From: Flavobacteriales bacterium
GTDB taxonomy: Bacteria > Bacteroidota > Bacteroidia > Flavobacteriales_D > Sanyastnellaceae
Reading direction: 5' to 3'
NCBI GenBank assembly: GCA_045104985.1
Contig: JBGCDA010000064.1
Span: forward strand, 24,127 to 88,126
Length of the DNA: 64,000 nucleotides
The position numbers were made by a program, and so were the translations under genes. Shown piece by piece: positions 1-8,364 of this stretch. The notes below the pieces were generated by a model. It worked only from the letters and a program-made list of their open reading frames with translations. It had not been told where the DNA came from and did not search any database. Each line of letters opens with the position of its first letter. Positions within the stretch are counted from its first letter, which is position 1.

Positions 1-5
1 GATAT

Positions 6-488
6 ATGACTAAAACCTACTCAGACGCCAAGTCTGCCGCAGAACGTAGAATTGAATTACTGACAGAAGGTTTTGAAGGAGCGTTTATTACGGCATATAA
101 AAAAGGAGAGAGAATCACGCTAGCCGAAGCTGGACTTAACGTAGTAAAAGGAAAGTCAGATTTAACAGAAGATAAGGAAAATAATTCCATTACTAAATCA
201 TCTGTACGCTTCCAGATCCAACTAGGAGAGTACGTAGACGATATTCCTACAGAAATGTTAGAGAAATATTTAGAGATTGGAAAAGTAAAACCTCAGAAAG
301 AATCAGTTGTTACCAGATATATGTTTGGAGATTTCTCTAGCTACCCTGAGGCTAAGACGTTTTTAGAAACTATAAAAGGAAAAGGAATAGAACAAGCAGA
401 GATTAAAGGACTTTTTGAAGGAAGAATTATTTCCTTAGAAGAAGCACTTAATATAATCGGTGAGCAGGACCAGTCTTATGCTGAGTAA
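6..488 (+). CDS. SPOR-like repeat protein, C-terminal part (frame open to the window edge, probably 5'-truncated)
   Basis: ORF track. Two segments have a SPOR-like pattern (GAFITAYKKGERI; VRFQIQLGEY..YMFGDFSSYPEAKTF). A hairpin terminator follows. Confidence 0.45.
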   Translation: MTKTYSDAKSAAERRIELLTEGFEGAFITAYKKGERITLAEAGLNVVKGKSDLTEDKENNSITKSSVRFQIQLGEYVDDIPTEMLEKYLEIGKVKPQKESVVTRYMFGDFSSYPEAKTFLETIKGKGIEQAEIKGLFEGRIISLEEALNIIGEQDQSYAE

Positions 489-512
489 ACTATAAATTTA
501 TTTTAAAAAGGA

Positions 513-539
513 AAGGAGAGCTATTAGCTCTCCTTTTTT
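513..539. terminator. Bidirectional intrinsic terminator
   Basis: GGAGAGCT-ATT-AGCTCTCC stem-loop flanked by an A-run and a T-run; overlaps the last codons of the minus-strand oxidoreductase gene. Confidence 0.7.
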
Positions 540-2092
540 AGTTTTATAGATTCTATAACTTTTATGCCATCTATGGCCGCAGACATTATTCCACCAGCAT
601 AACCAGCGCCTTCAGCACAAGGATATAGATTAGATACTTCCACATGCTCAAAGGTTTTAGTTCGAGGAATTCGCACTGGAGAAGAAGTTCTGCTTTCTGG
701 TGCCACTATTATGGCATCATTTGTTAAAAACCCTTTCAGCTTTTTCCCAAAGGCTAAAAACCCTTTCTGAAGCCTGCGTGCTATGGGTTCTGGTAATATT
801 TGATCTAGTCTTACGGATACTACTCCAGGCACATAGCTACATTTTGGAAGATCTTTACTCAATGTGCCATTTACGAAATCGAGCAGTCTCTGAGCAGGTA
901 GAGCTTGTGTTTTTCCTGCGGCTTTCCAGCAGTCCTGTTCCACTTTTTCTTGAAATTTTAATCCTTTAAGTGGGCCATAAGATTTAAACGCATCTACCAG
1001 CTCGTCCATCACTTCCACCACCATTCCAGAATTAGCGTAAGGGTTATTCCGCTTACTCGGACTCCAGCCGTTGCTCACTACTGCTGTGGACTCTGTGGCA
1101 CATGGCGCTATTATTCCGCCTGGGCACATGCAGAATGAGTACACGCCTTTCCCTTCTACCTGCTCTACTAAGCTATAGGTGGCAGGTGGCAAGTATTCAC
1201 TGAATCCTATGCCATGGTATTGTATCTTGTTTATGAGCTCTTGAGGATGTTCTACACGCACACCTAAGGCGAATGGTTTGTATTCCAGTGTGATATTTTT
1301 ATCCTGTAATAACTGGAACACATCTCGAGCTGAGTGCCCTGTGGCCAGAACTAAATTAGATACTTTCACCCATTGGTCATTGTTTATTTTTATGCGTTGC
1401 AATGTGTTTTTACCCCATTCCAAATCTGTCATTTTATGGTCAAAATGCACTTCTCCACCAAATTCAATAATGGTTTCTCTAATGGCGGTAATTATCCCTG
1501 GTAATTTATTAGTACCAATGTGCGGATGAGATTCTACCATGATTTCTGCATCTGCTCCATGATGCACCAAAAGGCTTAAAACTTGATTTACATCTCCACG
1601 CTTGGTAGAGCGCGTATATAGTTTTCCATCTGAGTATGTACCAGCACCACCTTCTCCATAGCAGTAATTAGATTCTGGATTGAGCTCATGTTCTTTATTT
1701 AACTTGGCCAGATCTCTTCTTCGGGTTCTTACATCTTTTCCTCGCTCGTAAACTATAGGCTTTAATCCGTTTTCTAAACAAGCCAGCGCTGCAAACAGGC
1801 CTGCGGGTCCAGCACCTATAATATGCACAGGGTCTGCAGAAGAAACATCTTTAAATTCCACTTTTCTAATAGGTGATGTGATTTCATCTCCTTTTAAAAA
1901 TAGCTCTACAGCCAGCTGTATCTTTACTGGTCTTTTTCTAGCGTCTATAGAGCGCTTCTTCAGTTTCCATTCTTTAATGTCTTGGTCGTAAAGTCCACTT
2001 TTTTGCAACGCTAAATGAAATACATAGTCTTCAATATGAGCTTTTTCTGGAGGAACGGATATTTGAACAATTTTCGGCATACAGGAGTTCAA
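524..2092 (-). CDS. FAD/NAD(P)-dependent oxidoreductase (COG2509-like)
   Basis: IIGAGPAGLFAA dinucleotide-binding motif in an uninterrupted 522-aa ORF. Antisense ORFs 700-969 and 1278-1529 were ignored. Confidence 0.8.
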   Translation of the reverse strand: MNSCMPKIVQISVPPEKAHIEDYVFHLALQKSGLYDQDIKEWKLKKRSIDARKRPVKIQLAVELFLKGDEITSPIRKVEFKDVSSADPVHIIGAGPAGLFAALACLENGLKPIVYERGKDVRTRRRDLAKLNKEHELNPESNYCYGEGGAGTYSDGKLYTRSTKRGDVNQVLSLLVHHGADAEIMVESHPHIGTNKLPGIITAIRETIIEFGGEVHFDHKMTDLEWGKNTLQRIKINNDQWVKVSNLVLATGHSARDVFQLLQDKNITLEYKPFALGVRVEHPQELINKIQYHGIGFSEYLPPATYSLVEQVEGKGVYSFCMCPGGIIAPCATESTAVVSNGWSPSKRNNPYANSGMVVEVMDELVDAFKSYGPLKGLKFQEKVEQDCWKAAGKTQALPAQRLLDFVNGTLSKDLPKCSYVPGVVSVRLDQILPEPIARRLQKGFLAFGKKLKGFLTNDAIIVAPESRTSSPVRIPRTKTFEHVEVSNLYPCAEGAGYAGGIMSAAIDGIKVIESIKLKKES

Positions 2093-2124
2093 AAATACAG
2101 TTTGAAAGTCTTAGTATAAGGAAT

Positions 2125-4152
2125 GTGAATGTTTACTTTTGGCCGAAGCCTAAGAACAAAGTTAAAATGAGATATAACAGAAGGGGATTCGAAACAGATG
2201 AGCTGCACAGTATTTATAAAGCACTCCTAAAGCCCAGACTGATAGAAGAGAAGATGCTGAGCCAATTAAGACAAGGTAAAATCTCTAAATGGTTTTCAGG
2301 AATTGGCCAAGAGGCCATTTCTGTAGGATTAACTCTAGCGCTGGATGAGGATGAGTTCATTCTGCCTATGCATAGAAATTTAGGTGTGTTCACCACACGC
2401 CAAATTCCATTGCAACGCTTATTCAGCCAATTCCAAGGAAAAGCCAATGGGTTTACAAAGGGAAGAGACCGTTCGTTTCATTTCGGTTCTAAGGAGCACC
2501 ATATAGTAGGCATGATTTCTCATCTGGGGCCTCAAATGGGAATAGCAGATGGCATAGCTCTAGCACATAAACTTAAAAAGAATAAGAAAGCCACTCTAGT
2601 AATTACTGGAGATGGTGGTGCTTCTGAAGGAGATTTTCACGAGTCTGTGAATGTAGCGTCTGTTTGGGGGTTACCAGTTGTGATATGTGTAGAAAATAAC
2701 CACTGGGGATTATCTACACCATCTAGTGAGCAGTTCAGGTGTGAGTCTTTTGCAGATAAAGGCATAGGTTATGGCATACCTGAGGAAAACGTATTTTCCA
2801 TAGATGGGAATAACATTATAGAGGTAATGAAAACCGTTAAGAAAGCGGCTAAAATCTGTAGGAGAGGAAATGGCCCCACGCTTATAGAGTTTAATACGTT
2901 TAGAATAAGAGGCCATGAAGAAGCCAGCGGAACTAAATATTACCCAGAAGGACTCATTAAAAAATGGGAGAAGTATGATCCTGTAGATTGTTTTGAGGCA
3001 TACTTGCTTCAGAATAGACTCATTAAAAAAGAAGAAAATCAGGCATATAAAGATGAAATTAAAGCAGAGATTAATGAGCATTTAAAGCTGGCCTTAGCCG
3101 AGCCTGAAATAGAAGTAAATTTAGATGAAGAGCTGGCAGATATTTTCAAGCCTTTCTCTACCGAACTTACCGAACCTGGTTATCACACTAAAGAAATGCG
3201 GTTTATAGATGCCATTACAGATGGTCTTAAAGAATCTATGAAGAAGCATGAAAATCTAGTGCTTATGGGACAAGATATAGCTGAATATGGCGGTGTGTTT
3301 AAGGTTACCGAAGGGTTTGTGGAAGAGTTTGGGAAGGAGCGTGTAAGAAACACCCCTCTGTGTGAGTCTGCTATAGTAGGTTCTGCCTTAGGTCTTTCCA
3401 TTAATGGAATGAAAGGAATGATGGAAATGCAGTTTGCAGATTTTGTGACTTGTGGGTTTAATCAAATCGTAAATAATTTAGCCAAGCTGAATTACCGATG
3501 GGGAGAAAATGCTGATGTAGTGGTACGCATGCCTACAGGTGGTGGTATGGCAGCAGGCCCATTCCACAGTCAGTCTAACGAGGCGTGGTTTTTTCATGTG
3601 GCAGGGTTAAAAATAGCATACCCTGCGTTCCCTGAAGATGCTAAAGGGCTGCTTATAAGGTCTTTTGAAGACCCTAACCCTGTATTATTTTTTGAACACA
3701 AAGGGCTTTACCGAAGTATTTCTCAGGAAGTGGCAGAAGGGTATTACTCATTACCATTTGGAAAGGCTAATGTGGTCAATGAAGGAAATGAACTTACTAT
3801 CGTTACTTACGGAATGGGGGTGCACTGGGCGCTTAATTATTCAGAGCAGCATCCTGAGCAAAGCATAGAAATTATAGACTTAAGAACTCTAGCGCCTTTA
3901 GATACTGAAACAATTTACGCTTCGGTTAAGAAAACCAATAGAGCTATAATTTTGCATGAAGATAATATGACGGGTGGAATAGGAGGAGAGTTGTTGTCTC
4001 TGATCCAAGAAAACTGTTTTGAGCATTTAGATGCACCTATCATGAGATGCGCCAGCTTAGACACGCCAGTGCCTTTTGATGCTAATAAAGAGATCCAGTT
4101 TATGGCAAAAGGCAGATTAGCAGAAACAGTCAGTAAGGTACTTTCTTTCTAG
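2125..4152 (+). CDS. Branched-chain 2-oxoacid dehydrogenase E1 component, fused alpha+beta subunits (ATG at 2167 is a more likely start than GTG 2125)
   Basis: TPP-binding signature GDGGASEGDFHES..VENNHWG in the N half and a transketolase-like beta-subunit half (MGQDIAEYGGVFKVT..). The fusion is typical of Bacteroidota. Confidence 0.85.
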   Translation: MNVYFWPKPKNKVKMRYNRRGFETDELHSIYKALLKPRLIEEKMLSQLRQGKISKWFSGIGQEAISVGLTLALDEDEFILPMHRNLGVFTTRQIPLQRLFSQFQGKANGFTKGRDRSFHFGSKEHHIVGMISHLGPQMGIADGIALAHKLKKNKKATLVITGDGGASEGDFHESVNVASVWGLPVVICVENNHWGLSTPSSEQFRCESFADKGIGYGIPEENVFSIDGNNIIEVMKTVKKAAKICRRGNGPTLIEFNTFRIRGHEEASGTKYYPEGLIKKWEKYDPVDCFEAYLLQNRLIKKEENQAYKDEIKAEINEHLKLALAEPEIEVNLDEELADIFKPFSTELTEPGYHTKEMRFIDAITDGLKESMKKHENLVLMGQDIAEYGGVFKVTEGFVEEFGKERVRNTPLCESAIVGSALGLSINGMKGMMEMQFADFVTCGFNQIVNNLAKLNYRWGENADVVVRMPTGGGMAAGPFHSQSNEAWFFHVAGLKIAYPAFPEDAKGLLIRSFEDPNPVLFFEHKGLYRSISQEVAEGYYSLPFGKANVVNEGNELTIVTYGMGVHWALNYSEQHPEQSIEIIDLRTLAPLDTETIYASVKKTNRAIILHEDNMTGGIGGELLSLIQENCFEHLDAPIMRCASLDTPVPFDANKEIQFMAKGRLAETVSKVLSF

Positions 4153-4322
4153 AGCTTAGAGGAGGGTAGATATCAATATATAATGTGTTAAAAGTGCCAT
4201 TGAAAGCTGACTTTTAATTCTGAATAATCAGCCTATTAAGAATATATCGAATTATTCACTATTTTTCTCCTTGAGTGAAAGCTCAAAACTAACTAATTAT
4301 TTACACCCTAAATCTAAGATGC

Positions 4323-4628
4323 ATGCCAGAGGAGAGAATGGCTATGGTGAGAAGTGCCATAGATAATATTATGAATGATGTGCTGCAGCAAGCTTATCAG
4401 CACTCTATGAATTACCCTCAAGATTCAGATCAGTTAAATGTCTTGATTAGAGCAGTGAGTGAGGATAACGAGAGCTTAATTAACAGGCTTCATCAAGTCA
4501 AGGTGTTAAATGATAAACCTCTAATAGATTTAGAATTGAATAGTATTACTAAAACTCTTAAAAAGAAGAGTTTAGAGCATCTTTCAGCACTTCAAAAACT
4601 CAAAGAGAAGAATTCACCTAAGACCTAA
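4323..4628 (+). CDS. Hypothetical protein (101 aa)
   Basis: ORF only; no recognisable motif. Confidence 0.35.
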   Translation: MPEERMAMVRSAIDNIMNDVLQQAYQHSMNYPQDSDQLNVLIRAVSEDNESLINRLHQVKVLNDKPLIDLELNSITKTLKKKSLEHLSALQKLKEKNSPKT

Positions 4629-4649
4629 CTGGGAACTGGTTTTTTGAAA

Positions 4650-5171
4650 TTAAATCCGTTTCAATCCGTCTTTTACCTGCTTTATTTGTGCAGTCATCAT
4701 TCCTCGCTTATCTAACTTTTTCACTTCAGATAGTAAATTAGTGGCTTCTCTTTTCTTACGTTTACTTATGGCTATTACCGCTAAGTTTAATTTGGCAGTG
4801 GCTTTATCTAAGTCTAATCTAAGTCCATTACTTAGAGATTTCTTGAAAAGTCCTTCTGCTTTAGTAAGGCTTCCTTGACCTCCACTTTGTACAGAAGTTA
4901 ACCCTGATAAGTAGTAATAATACCCTCTAGATTTAGGAAATAATTTTTCTGGATTTACTCTGCTCACCCATTTATCACACGCCTCCATTTTACCTCTTCT
5001 TAAACTGATAAATGCCATTATGAGTCGCACACTTCTAAAAATCAAGAATGTAAGTAAGGCGGTTAAGAGTACTATGAATATGCCACTCCAAATGTTTCCT
5101 TGACTAAAATGATAAATTGCCCATGCTAATGAAGCTGCCGCTATAATTCCTTTTATTATTCGAGTATCCAT
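4650..5171 (-). CDS. Membrane protein of unknown function (two N-terminal TM helices, helical C-terminal part)
   Basis: Hydrophobic segments GIIAAASLAWAIY and IFIVLLTALLTFLIF; sits in a divergent promoter region with ytxJ. Confidence 0.55.
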   Translation of the reverse strand: MDTRIIKGIIAAASLAWAIYHFSQGNIWSGIFIVLLTALLTFLIFRSVRLIMAFISLRRGKMEACDKWVSRVNPEKLFPKSRGYYYYLSGLTSVQSGGQGSLTKAEGLFKKSLSNGLRLDLDKATAKLNLAVIAISKRKKREATNLLSEVKKLDKRGMMTAQIKQVKDGLKRI

Positions 5172-5269
5172 ATTTCACCTTGTTTAAAAGAGCCGCAAAG
5201 CTATTAATTTTAACTCATCTTTAATGGGTTCTAACTGGTAGGTTTTTTAGCTGGTAACTTGACATGGTT

Positions 5270-5278
5270 TTGCAACGC
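5270..5278 (+). repeat. GCGTTGCAA-family motif (TTGCAACGC on + strand), intergenic
   Basis: Exact 9-mer 48 nt upstream of the ytxJ ATG. Confidence 0.9.
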
Positions 5279-5326
5279 AAATTCCGCCATTAAATGTAAT
5301 TTTACACACTGATAAAATGCCCTGCT

Positions 5327-5659
5327 ATGAACTGGAAAATGATTACCTCAAAAGAAGATTTAGAAGAAGCCATAATGTTGAGTCATAAGAAACCAGCAGT
5401 GATTTTTAAGCACAGCACCAGATGCTCAGTGAGCATGATGGCTAAAAAGAGTTTAGAATATGGTTGGGACCTTAATGAAGATGAGGTAGAAACCTATTTT
5501 TTGGACTTGATCCAATACCGAGAAATATCTAATCAAATAGCCTTAGATTTAGAGGTAATTCATCAGTCCCCTCAGCTTATTGGGTTAAAGAACGGAGAAG
5601 TGTTTTATCATGCTTCTCATAGCGTGATAAGTGCAGACAGTTTTAAAAGCGCGCTTTAA
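5327..5659 (+). CDS. ytxJ: Bacillithiol-system redox-active thioredoxin-like protein YtxJ
   Basis: 110 aa with the monothiol motif FKHSTRCSVS characteristic of YtxJ. bshC is present in the same window. Confidence 0.8.
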   Translation: MNWKMITSKEDLEEAIMLSHKKPAVIFKHSTRCSVSMMAKKSLEYGWDLNEDEVETYFLDLIQYREISNQIALDLEVIHQSPQLIGLKNGEVFYHASHSVISADSFKSAL

Positions 5660-5661
5660 AG

Positions 5662-6258
5662 ATGGAAGAAGATCTTAAAATATTAAAGTTTAGGGTTATT
5701 CTAGATACTGAAGAAGACATCTTCAGAGATATAGATATTCCACATGACTGTTCATTTATAAATTTACACGAGTGCATACAGCAGTCGTTTGGGTTTTCAG
5801 GTATGGAAATGGCCTCATTCTACAGAAGCGGTGAGTTCTGGGATAAAGGAGAAGAGCTTCCACTTATGGATATGGGCGGAGTAGAAGAAGGAGCTCCAGG
5901 GCTGTCTATGAATGATTTAGTGCTTAAGGATCATATTTTTAAAGAACACGAACGGTTTTTATATGTGTATGACTTTTTAAGAATGTGGTGTTTTTATGTG
6001 GAAGTGGTGGAGATTTATAAGCCAGATCCTAAGGTGGATTATCCTGTAATGACTTTTGAGCTGGGTGAAGCTCCAGCAGAAGACAGTAAGGAAATAGACT
6101 TACTAGATGACTTAGATTTAGGTGATTTAGGAGGTTCTACTAAGCAAGAAAAAACAGGAGATCCAGAAATAGATGCTTATTTGGATGATATGGATGATGA
6201 TGAGAATTATGACGACATGGGCATGGAAAATCTGGATGACTATCAGGATCTGTTTTAA
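5662..6258 (+). CDS. pRiA4b ORF-3-like family protein with a poly-acidic C-terminal tail
   Basis: The N-terminal LKFRVILDTEEDIFRDIDIP...FGF...ASFY pattern is typical of the family. The tail is DDMDDDENYDDMGMENLDDYQDLF. Confidence 0.6.
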   Translation: MEEDLKILKFRVILDTEEDIFRDIDIPHDCSFINLHECIQQSFGFSGMEMASFYRSGEFWDKGEELPLMDMGGVEEGAPGLSMNDLVLKDHIFKEHERFLYVYDFLRMWCFYVEVVEIYKPDPKVDYPVMTFELGEAPAEDSKEIDLLDDLDLGDLGGSTKQEKTGDPEIDAYLDDMDDDENYDDMGMENLDDYQDLF

Positions 6259-7184
6259 TGTCATCTCAGAAATTATTAATATGCATAGTAGGGCCTACGG
6301 CCGTAGGCAAGACCAAAATAGCCATTTCAGTGGCTAAGCACTTCGGTGCTGAGATCATATCTGCAGATTCTAGGCAGATGTTTAAAGAAATAGCTATAGG
6401 CACAGCTAAACCTACACCCTCTGAAATAGCGCAGGTGAAGCATCATTTCGTAGATGTTTTGAACTTAGAAGATGATTACAGCGCAGGCCAATTTGAGCGT
6501 GAAAGCCTCGAGTTTTTAAACACCTATTTCCAGAATAATGATGTGTGCGTGTGTGCTGGTGGATCTGGTTTATATGTGAATGCATTGTTGTACGGATTTG
6601 ACGAGCTGCCATCAGACGAAGGAGTTAGAGCTGAGATAATAGCACTGTATGAGAAAGAAGGCATATCAGCGTTGCAACGCGAATTAGAAACCTTAGATCC
6701 TGAATATTTCAATTATATAGATCAATCCAATACTCAGCGTGTAATGCGTGCAATAGAAGTCTGTAGGGTTTCTGGAAAAAAGAACTCTGAGCTGAGAACA
6801 GGACAGAAAAAGGAGAGGCCGTTTAAAACCGCAGTCATAGGTTTATCAAGAGAACGAGAAGAACTTTACCGAAGAATAAACGCTAGGGTAGATCTTATGC
6901 TCAAAGAAGGATTGGTAGAAGAGGTGAAATCAGTTTATGATAGAAAACATTTGAACTCTCTTAATACCGTTGGTTACAGAGAGCTCTTCGGAGCTTTAGA
7001 TGGAGATTATGATATAGAAGAGGCTATAAGACTTATAAAACGAAACTCTAGAAGATTTGCTAAGCGCCAGCTTACATGGTTTAAACGGTTGCCAGAAATC
7101 AATTGGTTTCATCCAGAAGAAGATGACAAGCTCAGGAAACATTTAGACCAATTCTATAAGGGAGGAAAGCTATCTGAAGATTAA
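6258..7184 (+). CDS. miaA: tRNA dimethylallyltransferase
   Basis: P-loop GPTAVGKT, ISADSRQ, and TWFKR near the C-terminus. The start overlaps the upstream stop (TAATG). Confidence 0.92.
   Translation: MSSQKLLICIVGPTAVGKTKIAISVAKHFGAEIISADSRQMFKEIAIGTAKPTPSEIAQVKHHFVDVLNLEDDYSAGQFERESLEFLNTYFQNNDVCVCAGGSGLYVNALLYGFDELPSDEGVRAEIIALYEKEGISALQRELETLDPEYFNYIDQSNTQRVMRAIEVCRVSGKKNSELRTGQKKERPFKTAVIGLSREREELYRRINARVDLMLKEGLVEEVKSVYDRKHLNSLNTVGYRELFGALDGDYDIEEAIRLIKRNSRRFAKRQLTWFKRLPEINWFHPEEDDKLRKHLDQFYKGGKLSED
6669..6680. repeat. Full 12-bp palindrome GCGTTGCAACGC inside miaA
   Basis: Exact; read as Ala-Leu-Gln-Arg. Confidence 0.9.
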
Positions 7185-7198
7185 AAGATCCTTTAATA

Positions 7199-8305
7199 TT
7201 AGAGAAGGTCTGCTACTTCCTTACCTACTAGAGATCCTATGGCTACTCCCATTCCACCTAACTTCACGCCATATACTACATGTTCGTTTAAACGGTTTAC
7301 GAGTGGTTTTTTAGAGTTTCCTACGCCCATAATGCCTGTCCATTCCATTTCTATCTGCTCAGGTAGAATACCGAAATGTTCTTTTAGATAGCGTTCTAAG
7401 CGAAGTCTAAGATCTGAGTTCACCTCGAATTTACTTGTTTCTTCTTCAGCCAAGAATTCATGTCTTCCTCCACCTAGTAATAAACGGTCATGGATTTTTC
7501 TAAAATACATATAGCCCTGTAAATGGTGGTAGGTAGAAGGTAGTTCTAATTTTGGAATAGGTTCAGTCAATACCACTAAGTTTCTGGCAGGGGAGAGTTT
7601 TAGGTCTAACCGTAAAGATTCTGATAACCCATTAGTACATACCGCTATTTGCTTAGACTTGATAACATGATTTTTTATAGAAACACCAGAGTAATCTTCT
7701 AAAAGCTGTGCAGACATTCCACCATAAATCTCTACACCTAAATCTTGGCATTTTTTAGCCCAGGCTTTCATCAATGACCCAGGGTTTAGTTTTCCTTCCA
7801 GCTCATTTTTAATGGCATACTTGAATCCAACTAAAGCGCTAGGAGGAGATGAAACCTGAAAAGTGTCTGCAGAATTGGTAAATTCATTTAGCTGATAATT
7901 CAGTTCATCCAATTGGTTTAAAATGCCGTGGTATTCGTTTTCTTGATTGGAGGTGAAAATCTCAGTGCCTCCACAGGACTCATAGTCTAGAGCTGAATCT
8001 CCTAGAGTATCTCTCAGAAGAGTTAAGCCTTTTAATCTTTTTTCTAAGGTAGAAAACACTTCCTTATAAGAAAGTCCATTTCTCAAATCAGCGGTCAATT
8101 CTCCAGCACTCCCAAAACATGCAAAGCCGGCATTTCTAGTGCTTGCAGCGTTACTGTAAACAAACTTGTCTAACACTATAATTTTCCATTTAGGATGCTT
8201 CGAAGCAGCGTGATAAGCGGCAGAAAGACCAGTAATGCCACTGCCAATAATTATTAAATCTGCGCTGCTAGAAATAAACTGCTTTTCCCAATAACTAAAA
8301 TTCAT
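7199..8305 (-). CDS. FAD-dependent oxidoreductase (DAO family)
   Basis: N-terminal DLIIIGSGITGLSAA Rossmann motif; 368 aa. Confidence 0.75.
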   Translation of the reverse strand: MNFSYWEKQFISSSADLIIIGSGITGLSAAYHAASKHPKWKIIVLDKFVYSNAASTRNAGFACFGSAGELTADLRNGLSYKEVFSTLEKRLKGLTLLRDTLGDSALDYESCGGTEIFTSNQENEYHGILNQLDELNYQLNEFTNSADTFQVSSPPSALVGFKYAIKNELEGKLNPGSLMKAWAKKCQDLGVEIYGGMSAQLLEDYSGVSIKNHVIKSKQIAVCTNGLSESLRLDLKLSPARNLVVLTEPIPKLELPSTYHHLQGYMYFRKIHDRLLLGGGRHEFLAEEETSKFEVNSDLRLRLERYLKEHFGILPEQIEMEWTGIMGVGNSKKPLVNRLNEHVVYGVKLGGMGVAIGSLVGKEVADLL

Positions 8306-8364
8306 ACTTTTACGTTATATTACTTGTGTTTAGACCATTCGGCTAAATACTGTAAAACAAATAT

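Noticed and set aside
5662-6258. The pRiA4b ORF-3-like gene as evidence of an IS or plasmid-derived mobile element.
   Set aside because: There is no transposase, integrase, inverted repeat or target duplication nearby. The gene is translationally coupled to core genes.
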